From positions 10,702-74,701 of the forward strand of contig CAZGMQ010000005.1 of NCBI GenBank assembly GCA_964526745.1: a stretch of 64,000 nucleotides of DNA, in the 5' to 3' direction. The first letter of the stretch is position 1, and every line of letters begins with the position of its first letter. Position numbers and translations under genes: made by a program. A model generated the notes under the pieces. It saw only the letters and a program-made list of their open reading frames with translations. It did no database searches and was not told the origin of the DNA. Positions 44,053-53,900 of the stretch are shown here, one piece after another. The stretch comes from an uncultured Verrucomicrobiota bacterium. Its GTDB lineage: Bacteria > Verrucomicrobiota > Kiritimatiellia > CAIQIC01 > Lenti-01.

Positions 44053-44316
44053 ATGAGTGACAAAAAAGAACCCGAACTGGAATTCCCCGTCGACTGCCAC
44101 TTCAAAGTGATCGCCGAAGATCTGGAGAACATGCATTTTGTGATTGAGACCGTCCTGATGGGGCTGGGCGTCGAGAGCCCTCTGACCGCCGGCAATACCT
44201 CCAAGGGCGGCAAATATCTTACCTTCAACGTCAGCGTCCGCGTGGACTCCCGCGAGCAGATGAATCAAATCGATACCGAACTGCGGAACATCCAGGGCGT
44301 TAAGATGGTCTTGTAG
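44053..44316 (+). CDS. DUF493/YbeD-family (UPF0250) protein
   Basis: 87 aa. ELEFPVDCHFKVIAED...GKYLTFNVSVRVDSREQMNQIDTELRNIQGVKMVL fits a YbeD-like fold. Confidence 0.6.
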   Translation: MSDKKEPELEFPVDCHFKVIAEDLENMHFVIETVLMGLGVESPLTAGNTSKGGKYLTFNVSVRVDSREQMNQIDTELRNIQGVKMVL

Positions 44317-44339
44317 CCTGCCGACCTAAGAATCGGTTG

Positions 44340-44723
44340 CTATCGTGTAAACACGGTAGTTTCCCCACCATCGGTTATCGTCATCGTGTCGCCTGAAACA
44401 CTGTATGTCATCGTCGCCGGCACATCCCCATTCGGAGTAAAGGTAATCTGATTGCCGGAGGTGGTCCAGGTCCCTGTCTGCACAGGAGTACCGGTGGCGG
44501 TGCTGACCGAGTAAGTGCCGTTGCCATTCAGCGTCGTGACAAATCCGCTTTGGATGTCCGCCCAGGCACTGGCAATCCCCGGATTATTGATAACATCCAC
44601 GTTCTCGCCAGTACTTCCGTAATATTCCTCATGCTTATCTGTAGGATCTTCACACCCCGTCAGAAATACACAGCCCAACGCCAAATAGATTGCACTTCCA
44701 GCCAGCCACTTCGATGTTTTCAT
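44340..44723 (-). CDS. Hypothetical lipoprotein
   Basis: Signal peptide with lipobox LTGC. Thr/Gly-rich beta composition. Confidence 0.5.
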   Translation of the reverse strand: MKTSKWLAGSAIYLALGCVFLTGCEDPTDKHEEYYGSTGENVDVINNPGIASAWADIQSGFVTTLNGNGTYSVSTATGTPVQTGTWTTSGNQITFTPNGDVPATMTYSVSGDTMTITDGGETTVFTR

Positions 44724-44876
44724 ACTTCTGATCCTTTAGATTTGAGGATGAATGACTTATGATGAACTGGCATCAGTTTATCGGACATCGATCTCCTCAA
44801 CAATTCCTAAAACACACAAAATTCAGCTGTTTCGAAAGAGCTGAAAGTCCGGGACGGCAAATCCCATCTTCATTTT

Positions 44877-45010
44877 GGATTCTGAGTTGCCACTCCGGTC
44901 ACGCGGCTCCCTCGTTCGCCCCGCAGAAGCGAGGCGCTATAGACTTCGCGTTCATTCTTCGTCCCGCTTTTGCGGGATTTGAATTCGGCACTCAGCTATT
45001 CTGAATTCTC
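44877..45010. repeat. MITE/REP-like dispersed element, copy B
   Basis: Aligns end-to-end with 35421-35549, including both terminal GAATCCTGA/TCAGGATTC-type ends. Confidence 0.6.
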
Positions 45011-45089
45011 TCCTCACAACCCTCTTCTTGCACTTCCTCCTAACCTGATGCATATTCATCAAAACGTTTGACCCCAACCGGAGATCCCT

Positions 45090-46751
45090 ATGAGTTTGAC
45101 CCTCGAAAAAATCGCCTCCTACCCCGGCCCCAAAGGCCCCGTCCTCCTCGTCATCATGGATGGCGTCGGCATTGGCAAATATGACGACGGCGATTTCGTC
45201 AAATCCGCGAACAAACCAACGCTGGACTGGCTCAAGGAAAACGCCCTCTACACGACGCTCAAGGCGCACGGCACGGCCGTGGGGATGCCGTCGGATGCCG
45301 ACATGGGCAACTCCGAGATTGGCCACAATGCCATCGGGTGCGGCCGCGTGTTCGATCAGGGAGCCTCCCTTGTCGCCAAGGCGATTGACTCCGGGGCGCT
45401 CTATCAGGGAGCCACCTGGAAAAAGATGATTGAGAATGTGCTCGATCACAAATCGACGCTCCATTTCATCGGCCTGTTCTCTGACGGCAACGTACACTCC
45501 CATCTCGACCACCTGAAAGCCATGCTGTCGCAGGCCAAGAAGGAAGGCGTGGCCAAAGCCCGGATCCACCCTCTGCTGGACGGCCGAGATGTGCCACCAA
45601 CCTCCGCCCTCGACTATATCCTTCCCTTTGAGGAATTCCTTTCCGAACTCAATGCCGATGGCAGCGTGGATTATGCCATCGCCTCAGGCGGCGGCCGCAT
45701 GCAGGTTACCATGGACCGCTATCAGGCCGACTGGCGCATCGTCGAGCGCGGATGGAAGACCCACGTCCTCGGCGAAGGCACCCTCTACCCTTCCGCGCAG
45801 ACCGCCATTGAAGCCCTTCGCGCCGCCAAACCCGGCGTCCTCGACCAGGACCTCCCGTCCTTCGTCATCGGACGAGACGGCAAGCCCATCGGCCCCATCG
45901 TCGACCACGACAGCGTTATTCTCTTCAACTTCCGCGGTGACCGCGCCATCGAGCTCACCCACGCCTTTGAACAGGACGAGTTCACCCCGTTTGATCGCGG
46001 CTCGCGCCCCGACGTCGAATTCGCCGGCATGATGCAATATGACGGCGACGCATGCATCCCCAAACAATACCTCGTCACGCCCCCCCGCATCACCCGCACC
46101 CTCGGCGAATACCTCGCCGACTCCGGCGCGCATCAGCTGGCCATAAGCGAGACCCAGAAGTTCGGTCACGTCACCTACTTCTTCAACGGCAACCGCGCCG
46201 AGAAGTTCAGCGAGGTTCTCGAGGACTACGTTGAGATTCCTTCCGACCGAGTGCCCTTCGAGGAACGCCCCTGGATGAAGTCCGCTGAAATTACGGATGC
46301 CCTCCTCGAGGCCATCAGCTCCGGCAAATACAACTTCATCCGCGTCAACTATCCCAACGGTGACATGGTCGGCCACACCGGCATCTTCCCCGCCGTAAAA
46401 ATCGCCGTCGAAGCCGTCGACCTCGCCCTCGGCCGCCTGATTCCCGCCATTAAACAGGCGGGCGGCATCCTCGTCATCAGCGCCGACCACGGCAACTCCG
46501 ACGACATGTACGAGCACGCCAAGGACGGTTCCGTCAATTTTGACAAGGCCACCAGCCTGCCCAAGGCCAAAACCTCGCACTCCCTCAACCCCGTTCCAGC
46601 CATCATCTACGACCCAACCAACGCCGCGAAAGCCACACTGGCCGACACGACCGGCCTCGGCATCTCATCGCTCGCCGCGACCTGCCTCAACCTGCTGGGT
46701 TATCAGGCGCCGGAAGGCTACGACCCGTCGCTGCTGAAAATCGGAGACTGA
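45090..46751 (+). CDS. gpmI: 2,3-bisphosphoglycerate-independent phosphoglycerate mutase
   Basis: N-terminal VLLVIMDGVGIG metal site, catalytic Ser region MGNSEIGHNAIG, C-terminal ISADHGN. 553 aa. Confidence 0.85.
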   Translation: MSLTLEKIASYPGPKGPVLLVIMDGVGIGKYDDGDFVKSANKPTLDWLKENALYTTLKAHGTAVGMPSDADMGNSEIGHNAIGCGRVFDQGASLVAKAIDSGALYQGATWKKMIENVLDHKSTLHFIGLFSDGNVHSHLDHLKAMLSQAKKEGVAKARIHPLLDGRDVPPTSALDYILPFEEFLSELNADGSVDYAIASGGGRMQVTMDRYQADWRIVERGWKTHVLGEGTLYPSAQTAIEALRAAKPGVLDQDLPSFVIGRDGKPIGPIVDHDSVILFNFRGDRAIELTHAFEQDEFTPFDRGSRPDVEFAGMMQYDGDACIPKQYLVTPPRITRTLGEYLADSGAHQLAISETQKFGHVTYFFNGNRAEKFSEVLEDYVEIPSDRVPFEERPWMKSAEITDALLEAISSGKYNFIRVNYPNGDMVGHTGIFPAVKIAVEAVDLALGRLIPAIKQAGGILVISADHGNSDDMYEHAKDGSVNFDKATSLPKAKTSHSLNPVPAIIYDPTNAAKATLADTTGLGISSLAATCLNLLGYQAPEGYDPSLLKIGD

Positions 46752-46785
46752 GTTCCCCATGCGTTCTGACGCGGCCAATCGGTTT

Positions 46786-46853
46786 TTCCATAGTGTGGAA
46801 ACATTTTTTCCATACCATGGAAAAATCGCGAAAATAGTTTCCATACCATGGAA
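46786..46853. promoter_or_regulatory. Three operator-like sites: two perfect TTCCAT-ACC-ATGGAA palindromes (46808-46822, 46839-46853) and one degenerate (46786-46801)
   Basis: Exact 15-bp palindrome repeated 31 bp apart in an AT-rich stretch between gpmI and the DUF167 gene. The second overlaps the annotated ATG. Confidence 0.45.
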
Positions 46854-47165
46854 ACTTTTCGGGAGCCGACAGTGAGCTGGCTGACCGACTCTCCCGAAGG
46901 AGCGGTGCTGACGCTACGGATTATTCCGCGCGCGGCAAAGGACGCCATACAGGGCGAACATGGCGATGCATTGAAAATCCGTCTATGTGCCCCGCCCATC
47001 GAAGGCGCAGCCAACACGGCGCTGATCAAGTTTCTCTCGAAAGCCGCCGATATTCCCCGCTCCCGGATTCAGATTCTCTCGGGCGCCACCGGCCGGAACA
47101 AGCGTGTCCTGCTATCCGGCTGTTCTTCCAATTCAATCCGCTCCCTTCTGACTCCTGAATCCTGA
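46848..47165 (+). CDS. DUF167/YggU-family (UPF0235) protein
   Basis: LTLRIIPRAAKDAI...GDALKIRLCAPPIEGAANTALIKFLSKA...RIQILSGATGRNKRV. The start may actually be the downstream GTG (VSWL). Confidence 0.6.
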   Translation: METFREPTVSWLTDSPEGAVLTLRIIPRAAKDAIQGEHGDALKIRLCAPPIEGAANTALIKFLSKAADIPRSRIQILSGATGRNKRVLLSGCSSNSIRSLLTPES

Positions 47166-47182
47166 CTCCTGAATTCTTCTTC

Positions 47183-48286
47183 ATGAAACATCTCACCGAA
47201 TACAGCGACCCCTCCTCCATTCGAGCGCTGGTGGATGAAATACAAAAAATCTCCACGAAGCCCACGCGCATCATGGAAGTCTGCGGTGGGCAGACTCACG
47301 CCATCCTGCGGCATGCGCTGGACACCCTGCTGCCGAATCATATCCGGCTGCTGCACGGGCCCGGCTGCCCGGTCTGCGTGACGCCTTCGGCCTATCTGGA
47401 TCATGCGATTTCGATTGCCGCGCAACCCGACACCATTTTATGCACGTTCGGCGATCTGCTGCGCGTGCCCTCCAATGCGTCGGGCGATCTTTATGCAGCG
47501 AAAGCGCGCGGGGCGGATATCCGGATGATCGGTTCGCCGCTGCAGGCGCTGGAGTTTGCCCGCGACAACCCGGACAAGCAGGTCGTCCATCTGGCCATCG
47601 GATTCGAGACCACGGTCCCGGCCAATGCGATGGCCGCCTTTCTCGCAAAAGAGCGCGGACTCAAGAATTTTTCGCTGCTCGTCTCGCAGTTTACGGTGCC
47701 GCCCATTCTGCGAGCCATCTGCGGGGATGCTGAAACCGCGCCCGACGCCTTCCTGGCGGCTGGTCATGTCTGCGCCGTGGTGGGTTCCGACCCCTATATT
47801 CCGCTGGCGAAAGAACTTCAAAAACCGATTGCCATCACCGGGTTTGAACCCGCTGATATCCTGCTGGGTGTGCTGGATGTCCTGCGCATGCGGGAAGCTG
47901 GCACAGCGGAGATGGTGAATTCCTATCCGCGCGTGGTGCATCCAAAAGGGAATCCCGAAGCCCTCCGCATCATCGATACCGTGTTTGAACTATGCGACCG
48001 CGAGTGGCGCGGGCTGGGTGTGGTGCCCATGAGTGGACTGGCCCTGCGTCCTGCCTATGCCAACTGGGATGCCGCCCTGAAATTTCCACCCCCTTCCGCA
48101 ATTGTTTATAAACAATTGCAGACGGAGATGGAATGTCCTGCGGCAGATGTGCTGCTAGGCAAAATGGAACCGCCGGATTGTCCGCATTTCGGCACCGGCT
48201 GCACCCCGGACCATCCGCTCGGGGCTCCGATGGTGTCCCCCGAAGGCCCCTGCGCGGCCTTTTATCTGCACCGGCGGGTACCTTGA
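47183..48286 (+). CDS. hypD: [NiFe]-hydrogenase maturation factor HypD
   Basis: IMEVCGGQTHAI, HGPGCPVCVTP, GFETT, AAGHVCAVVG, and C-terminal CPHFGTGCTPDHPLGAPMVSPEGPCAAFY all match HypD motifs. Confidence 0.85.
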   Translation: MKHLTEYSDPSSIRALVDEIQKISTKPTRIMEVCGGQTHAILRHALDTLLPNHIRLLHGPGCPVCVTPSAYLDHAISIAAQPDTILCTFGDLLRVPSNASGDLYAAKARGADIRMIGSPLQALEFARDNPDKQVVHLAIGFETTVPANAMAAFLAKERGLKNFSLLVSQFTVPPILRAICGDAETAPDAFLAAGHVCAVVGSDPYIPLAKELQKPIAITGFEPADILLGVLDVLRMREAGTAEMVNSYPRVVHPKGNPEALRIIDTVFELCDREWRGLGVVPMSGLALRPAYANWDAALKFPPPSAIVYKQLQTEMECPAADVLLGKMEPPDCPHFGTGCTPDHPLGAPMVSPEGPCAAFYLHRRVP

Positions 48287-48317
48287 CTTTTAGGCCACAC
48301 ACGGGCACCTTGCCTGC

Positions 48318-50861
48318 ATGAATTTTACGTCCCACCTCTGCCTTTTCATCGCGTCCCTCTGCCTGCTCCCCATCCATCCGGCCTTCGCCTCGCAAACGCC
48401 CGAAGAGGAAACTCGGGTCTACTTCTCCGCGGCTCCGGCCCAGCCCGAGCGGGTGCGCGTCGGCCGGGATCAGGTGCTGTGGCGGCTCGAGAACGAATTT
48501 TTTGAGGAAGGCCCCTGCCTGGAGGGCGTCGAGGGGCCCATCCTGGTCGGCACGCCGACCGCGATTGAAAACGTCAACCGCATGCTTTCGTCCCCGGTCC
48601 AGACCTTCGGTACCGTACGCGGCTACCAGGAGCTGTTTCCTGAAGCCTGCGCGCCCTTGCCCGACCCATCGGCTTCCGCCATCAACATCACCAACGGCTA
48701 TCACGACGAAGCCGCCGTCGCCGCTCTGCTGACCCAGTTCGAAACGAATTTTCCATCGCTGGCCCAACGGATCCAGATCGGATTCACCCACTGGGGGCGG
48801 CCAATCTGGGCGCTAAAAATCTCTGACAACGTTGAAATGGAGGAACCCGAACCGCGCGTGGTGATCGATGCCAACATCCATGCCAACGAATATCCCGGCA
48901 CGGAAGTCGCGCTGGACATCATCTGGCAGCTACTGTACGGCTACACGAACAACACCACCTTTGCCTCGTGGGTCGATGGCATGGAAATCTATGTCATCCC
49001 CTGTCTCAATCCAGATGGACGCTATTATTGCGACACGGTCAATGAGTCTTGGCGCAAGAACGGGCGCGACAACAACCACAGCGGCACCATGACCTATGGA
49101 ACCGATGGCGTGGATCTCAACCGCAACTCTTCCTTTGATTGGGGCTATGACAACGTGGGCTCCAGCCCCGATGTCTATGACTATGACTATCGCGGACCCA
49201 GCCCCGCCTCCGAACCGGAAATCCAGGTCTACGACGCGTTGATCCAGCGTACGCGTCCGGCCTTCACCCTCAGCATCCACACCTTTTGGGGCCTGTTCTA
49301 CGGCCCCTATGGCAACTATGACATCGCCATGCCCGCGCCCGACCCCTTTCGCGCCATCGGAGATTTCATCGCGGAGGTCTGCACCAACGAGGACAACTCA
49401 GCCTACACCTTTGTGAGCGGCCCGGAATTCGGATACCCGGTCAACGGCGACCGTGCGGATTCCAACTACGGCCTGTACGGCATCCAGGCCTTTGGCGTTG
49501 AAGTGGGGGTCAATAAACACCAGCCTGATTATTCCACCGTGACCCTTCCCAAGCTTGTCCCCGGCGTCCGCCTGGGCTGGCAGCGCTTCCTTGCCGCCGC
49601 CCATACGAATTGGCCCAAGGTGCTGGGGTGGTCCCTGGATACCGCCACCGGCCAACCCGCGCCCGTTCGCATCCACTCACTCAACCTGACCAACCGACCC
49701 AACGATGAACACTGGACCAGTCGAGACGACGGGTATTTCGAATGCCCGCTTCCAACGGCGGGCACCTATCGCGTGGTATTCGCACCCATCGGCCAGGAAT
49801 CCCTGAGCACAACGCAAGCCCTCGTGGTAAGCAGCACCGCTCTGACCGCTGATCAGACTTTCGACGTAGCACCGGAACTAGGAATGCCCGGTGCGGGCAG
49901 AATCCAAAGCTGGACGAATCAACAGGAGGACGGGCTGGTGTTGCTGGAAGCGGCAGACAGCCCGACCGGTCCCTGGCTCCCCTTTCTGGCGCAATCCTGT
50001 ACAGGCCGAACCGGACAGGCTGAGATTCCAGATGGATTCACCTCCCGGGTGGTCCGGGTACGGACCTCACCCCAATATTTTCCGGCCAATACCAACATGG
50101 CGTTTATTCCCTCCGGCGCATTTCTCATGGGCAGCGATGGCGCCATCGATCTATCTGAGGCCCCCGCTGAGGCTATTCATCTGGAGGGCTTCGCCATCGA
50201 CTGCACAGAAGTGACCTTTGCTGAGTGGACACGTGTCCGCCTCTGGGCAATCGCAAACGGGTATTTCTTTGCACCGGGCCAGCCAGGAGTCGGCGGCGCC
50301 AGCACGACCAACCACCCTGTACTTGTGGTAACCTGGTACGATGCGATTAAATGGTGCAATGCCCGTTCGCAAAGCGAAGGATTGCTGCCCGCCTATTACT
50401 CAACCGCAGCGCAAACCAACATCTACAAGACCGGAATAACTAATCTCTCCGAGGCCTGTGTGAACTGGCAGGCCAACGGCTACCGTCTACCGACGGAGGC
50501 CGAATGGGAGAAGGCTGCCCGCGGCGGTTCCACCGGCATCGACTATCCCTGGGGTGATACCCTCGCCATGAGCAACGCGAACTACGCCGCCACAGGGACC
50601 ACCCTCACCGGCGCCTATCCCGCCAACGGCTATGGCCTGCACGATGCCGCCGGCAATGCCGCCGAGTGGTGCTGGGACTGGTCGGGGTCCTATACGAACC
50701 GGGCAAACGAAAATCCGACCGGTCCGGCCACCGGAACGGCCCGGATTGTCCGCGGCGGGTCCTGGAGCGATGCCGGCAGCGGCCTGCGCTGCGCGGCCCG
50801 GTCGTACCTCGCCCCGGCCTCCAGCAACACCGTCGTCGGACTGCGCTGCGTCCGGAAATAG
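48318..50861 (+). CDS. Secreted fusion protein: M14 zinc carboxypeptidase domain plus C-terminal FGE-sulfatase (formylglycine-generating-enzyme-like/SUMF1) domain
   Basis: Signal peptide. M14 zinc ligands in IDANIHANEYPGTE (HxxE). C-terminal GYRLPTEAEWEKAARGG...YPWGD...RIVRGGSW typical of FGE-sulfatase-domain proteins. Confidence 0.7.
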   Translation: MNFTSHLCLFIASLCLLPIHPAFASQTPEEETRVYFSAAPAQPERVRVGRDQVLWRLENEFFEEGPCLEGVEGPILVGTPTAIENVNRMLSSPVQTFGTVRGYQELFPEACAPLPDPSASAINITNGYHDEAAVAALLTQFETNFPSLAQRIQIGFTHWGRPIWALKISDNVEMEEPEPRVVIDANIHANEYPGTEVALDIIWQLLYGYTNNTTFASWVDGMEIYVIPCLNPDGRYYCDTVNESWRKNGRDNNHSGTMTYGTDGVDLNRNSSFDWGYDNVGSSPDVYDYDYRGPSPASEPEIQVYDALIQRTRPAFTLSIHTFWGLFYGPYGNYDIAMPAPDPFRAIGDFIAEVCTNEDNSAYTFVSGPEFGYPVNGDRADSNYGLYGIQAFGVEVGVNKHQPDYSTVTLPKLVPGVRLGWQRFLAAAHTNWPKVLGWSLDTATGQPAPVRIHSLNLTNRPNDEHWTSRDDGYFECPLPTAGTYRVVFAPIGQESLSTTQALVVSSTALTADQTFDVAPELGMPGAGRIQSWTNQQEDGLVLLEAADSPTGPWLPFLAQSCTGRTGQAEIPDGFTSRVVRVRTSPQYFPANTNMAFIPSGAFLMGSDGAIDLSEAPAEAIHLEGFAIDCTEVTFAEWTRVRLWAIANGYFFAPGQPGVGGASTTNHPVLVVTWYDAIKWCNARSQSEGLLPAYYSTAAQTNIYKTGITNLSEACVNWQANGYRLPTEAEWEKAARGGSTGIDYPWGDTLAMSNANYAATGTTLTGAYPANGYGLHDAAGNAAEWCWDWSGSYTNRANENPTGPATGTARIVRGGSWSDAGSGLRCAARSYLAPASSNTVVGLRCVRK

Positions 50862-50929
50862 CCGGAAGGCCCCCACCCAAAACAAACACGCCGCAGCCCT
50901 TTCGGGTCGCAGCGCGGGCGTGGAACGAC

Positions 50930-53900
50930 CTATTCGACCGCGATACGGTAGAACCGCTTCACATCCACTGCCATATTGGTGTCTGACAAAGTGATGTCGC
51001 TCCCAGTGCCGTATACGTCATTGGTCACCAGGAACCAGTCCACGGGGACGACCGTGAGGTTTGTGCTGTAGTCCATCCGGTACTTCTGCCCCAGGATGGA
51101 GTAGAAGGTGGCAGAAGCAGGGACGCCGTTGGAGACCACAAGCGCTCCCACCTGCGGCAGCGGATAGACAAAGACCCCCACGGCCTCGCCGTCGCTCCCG
51201 TCTTTGTCGGCGGCGTAGAACACCACGCTGTATTCGCCCGTCGGCGTGGCGGGCGACCAGACGAATGTCCCCAACTCATTGGTCGGATAGAACACCGCAC
51301 CTGGCGGCATGTTGCTGACGGTCAACGTCACGGGGTCGCTCTCCGTCGGGGTGGCCGACACGTGGAACTGCAGGGGATGGCCCAAGAAGACCTCCTGGCC
51401 GCCGATCACGCCTAGCACCGGCGGCGTTCCCACTTCTTCGACTAAGCCGTATTCCACCTGGAAGTTGTCAATCAGCAGGCGCTCGCCGCCCGCAATCTTA
51501 TGGATTTCCAACCAAAGGGTACGATCGTCCACGGGTTGAAGATCAATGGGGCCGGAGTCGTACTCCTGATAGACCTTATCCGCCGCAAACCAATCCCCGT
51601 TGGTGGTGTACAGAGTAGTATAGTTGGTGCCGAAGTCCGTGCTGTACCTAATTTCAAAGTCCATGACCGGACTGTTATCCCAGCGGGCCAACTGGACCGT
51701 CAGTCGCGTGATGTTGGTTCTCACGCCGTATCGCAGATAGGTTTCTTCAACATTTTGCAGGCGCCAGGCATTGCTGGTGACGGAATACACGGTATCTCGC
51801 ACGGCAAGATTGGAAGCAAAGGCATCGGCCACTGGATTGGTGGAGTCGTTATCAAAAGTTTTGGCATTATAGCTGGTGCCAGTTCCCCCGCCCCACATGG
51901 AGGTGTCGTCAAAGGTCTCCAGATAAACCAGCGAAGGCGCATTGCTCACGCCAACGACAATATCGATGGTGTCCTCATCCGAGCCGTCCAGGTCCGAAGC
52001 GATAAAGGTCACGCTGTAAGTCCCGGTCGGCGATGCATTCGTCCAGAGAAATGTGCCCAGTTCGTTCGTCGGATAAAAGGCCGCCCCTTCAGGCAGGTTG
52101 GTTACCGTCAGTGTGACGGTATCGCCATCGGTCGACGTGGCCACCACCTCAAACTGAAGGGTGTTGCTGACGATGACCATGCGGTCACCGACCGGATTCA
52201 GGACGGGGGGGCTCGGCAGCGGCGGGCCGGAACAGTCACTCGTGTGTGTGCCCAGTCCATCAAATGTGTTCTGTGAAAAGCCGCTCCATTCCAGAGCCGG
52301 ATCATAGGCGTCCGAAGGGTCGAGATCGCCCTCCTCCACAGTCGACATCCGGCGCAGGGTGTGTTCAGCGGTAGAGACAATTCCGGTGCCCCATTCGGTC
52401 CCGGGATTGTAGCCGACCTGACCGATGGAATCCAGCACGGTGCCGCTGGCACCACCGCTTCGCAGCACAAAAGCATCATTGCCATCGTAGGTCATGCTGC
52501 CACTGGTCATGTCGGACACCGCCAGAACAGAAGCATCCGCCGAACCGTTCGCCAGCACAAAGACGGCCTGGGCGGGAATGGCACCGGTCAGACTTATGGT
52601 GTGGGTCGGTGAATTGGTCCCGTTGGAATAGATCTGCACCACGTACTGCCCGGCATCCAGATCCAGGGGCGCCAGGGATGGATTATAGATCTCCAGCGCC
52701 TTGTTATTCCCGGTGCCTTCCACGTACTCCGAAATCAGCACCGCGCAATTGGTATTTTCGTAGGGGGGTGTTTCCACGCGAATGGTGATGGAGGTGCTGG
52801 CGGTGCCGTCCTTGTCCTCCGCATAAAAGCTGACCGAATATATGCCGGTCGGGGTGGCGCTCTCCCAGATGAAGGTACCCAGGCCGTTGGTGGCCGGGAA
52901 GGTCGAACCGGAGGGCAGATTGCTCACCGTGAGCGTAATGGGATCACCATCGCTCGGGTCCGTGGCCGTGACCGCAAAACTCAGGAGATTGCTCTCCAGG
53001 ACGTCCTGATGATTCAGTGCATCGAACAGCGGCGGCTGATCGCCCTGACAGCATTCGACATCCACCGCCGTCACCGAAAGGGACCAGCCCGACAGGATGA
53101 TCCCTGCATATCCCGCCTCGACATCCTGCGCATAGAGGCTCCAGGTGCCGTTGGGTGTACCGCCATTGAAGTCCGACATCGCCGCGCCATAGGGAGGAGC
53201 CGGGGCCGGGGCATTCATTTCTTCGGCGGTGCCGGAAGGTTGGAAGGTGCCGGAAGTCAGCGCCGCACCGACTGGCAAGGCTGCGTCATCATCAAATGTC
53301 ATCGTCAGGTTGGTTACCGGAGTATCTCCCCCATCCGCTCCGATCAGCGAGACGGCATCGCCATCCGGACTGACGAGAATCACGTCGATGTCTTCAGGGT
53401 AGTCATGGGCAAACCCATGCAGGGTGGCCGTCACGTTGCGGATGCTTCCCGGCAGGTTGGAAATAGCGATGCTGGAAGGGAACGGATCCGCCGAAGCCCC
53501 ATCAGTCAGGGTAATCACGACGCTGTTGGTGAGCGTCAATGCGGTTTCCATTTCGGCCCCCAGCGTGAAGACAAACGGCACCGTCCCCAGTGCCAGACCA
53601 TTGTCATCCAGAGAGAGTGTAGCCGTCAGTTGGCCCCCGCATTGGCCTGTTGCGGCAAAAGAAAAAGAATTGGTGACGGGAGCTCCCCCCGCCAGAAGAG
53701 CGCCATAGCTCATCGGCCCGTCCGGCCCGGTCACTCCGCCGGTCGGCTCCAGCGTAGCGATGACATTGGTCGTATCCGCCGTACCGATATTCTGCAGTAC
53801 AAAATCCACTGTTACAGTTTCATTGGGGTCGATCGCCCCGTTCCCGACCGCACCACAGCTTTCTGCCGTGACAACGGCCTCAACAGCATCAATGTATGCG

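Noticed and set aside
43847-44056. 69-aa ORF between rhomboid and ybeD-like genes, with its stop overlapping the ybeD start (ATGA)
   Set aside because: Possibly a real small protein (good RBS GGAGG upstream), but it has no motif or conservation evidence available from sequence alone, so it is left uncalled.
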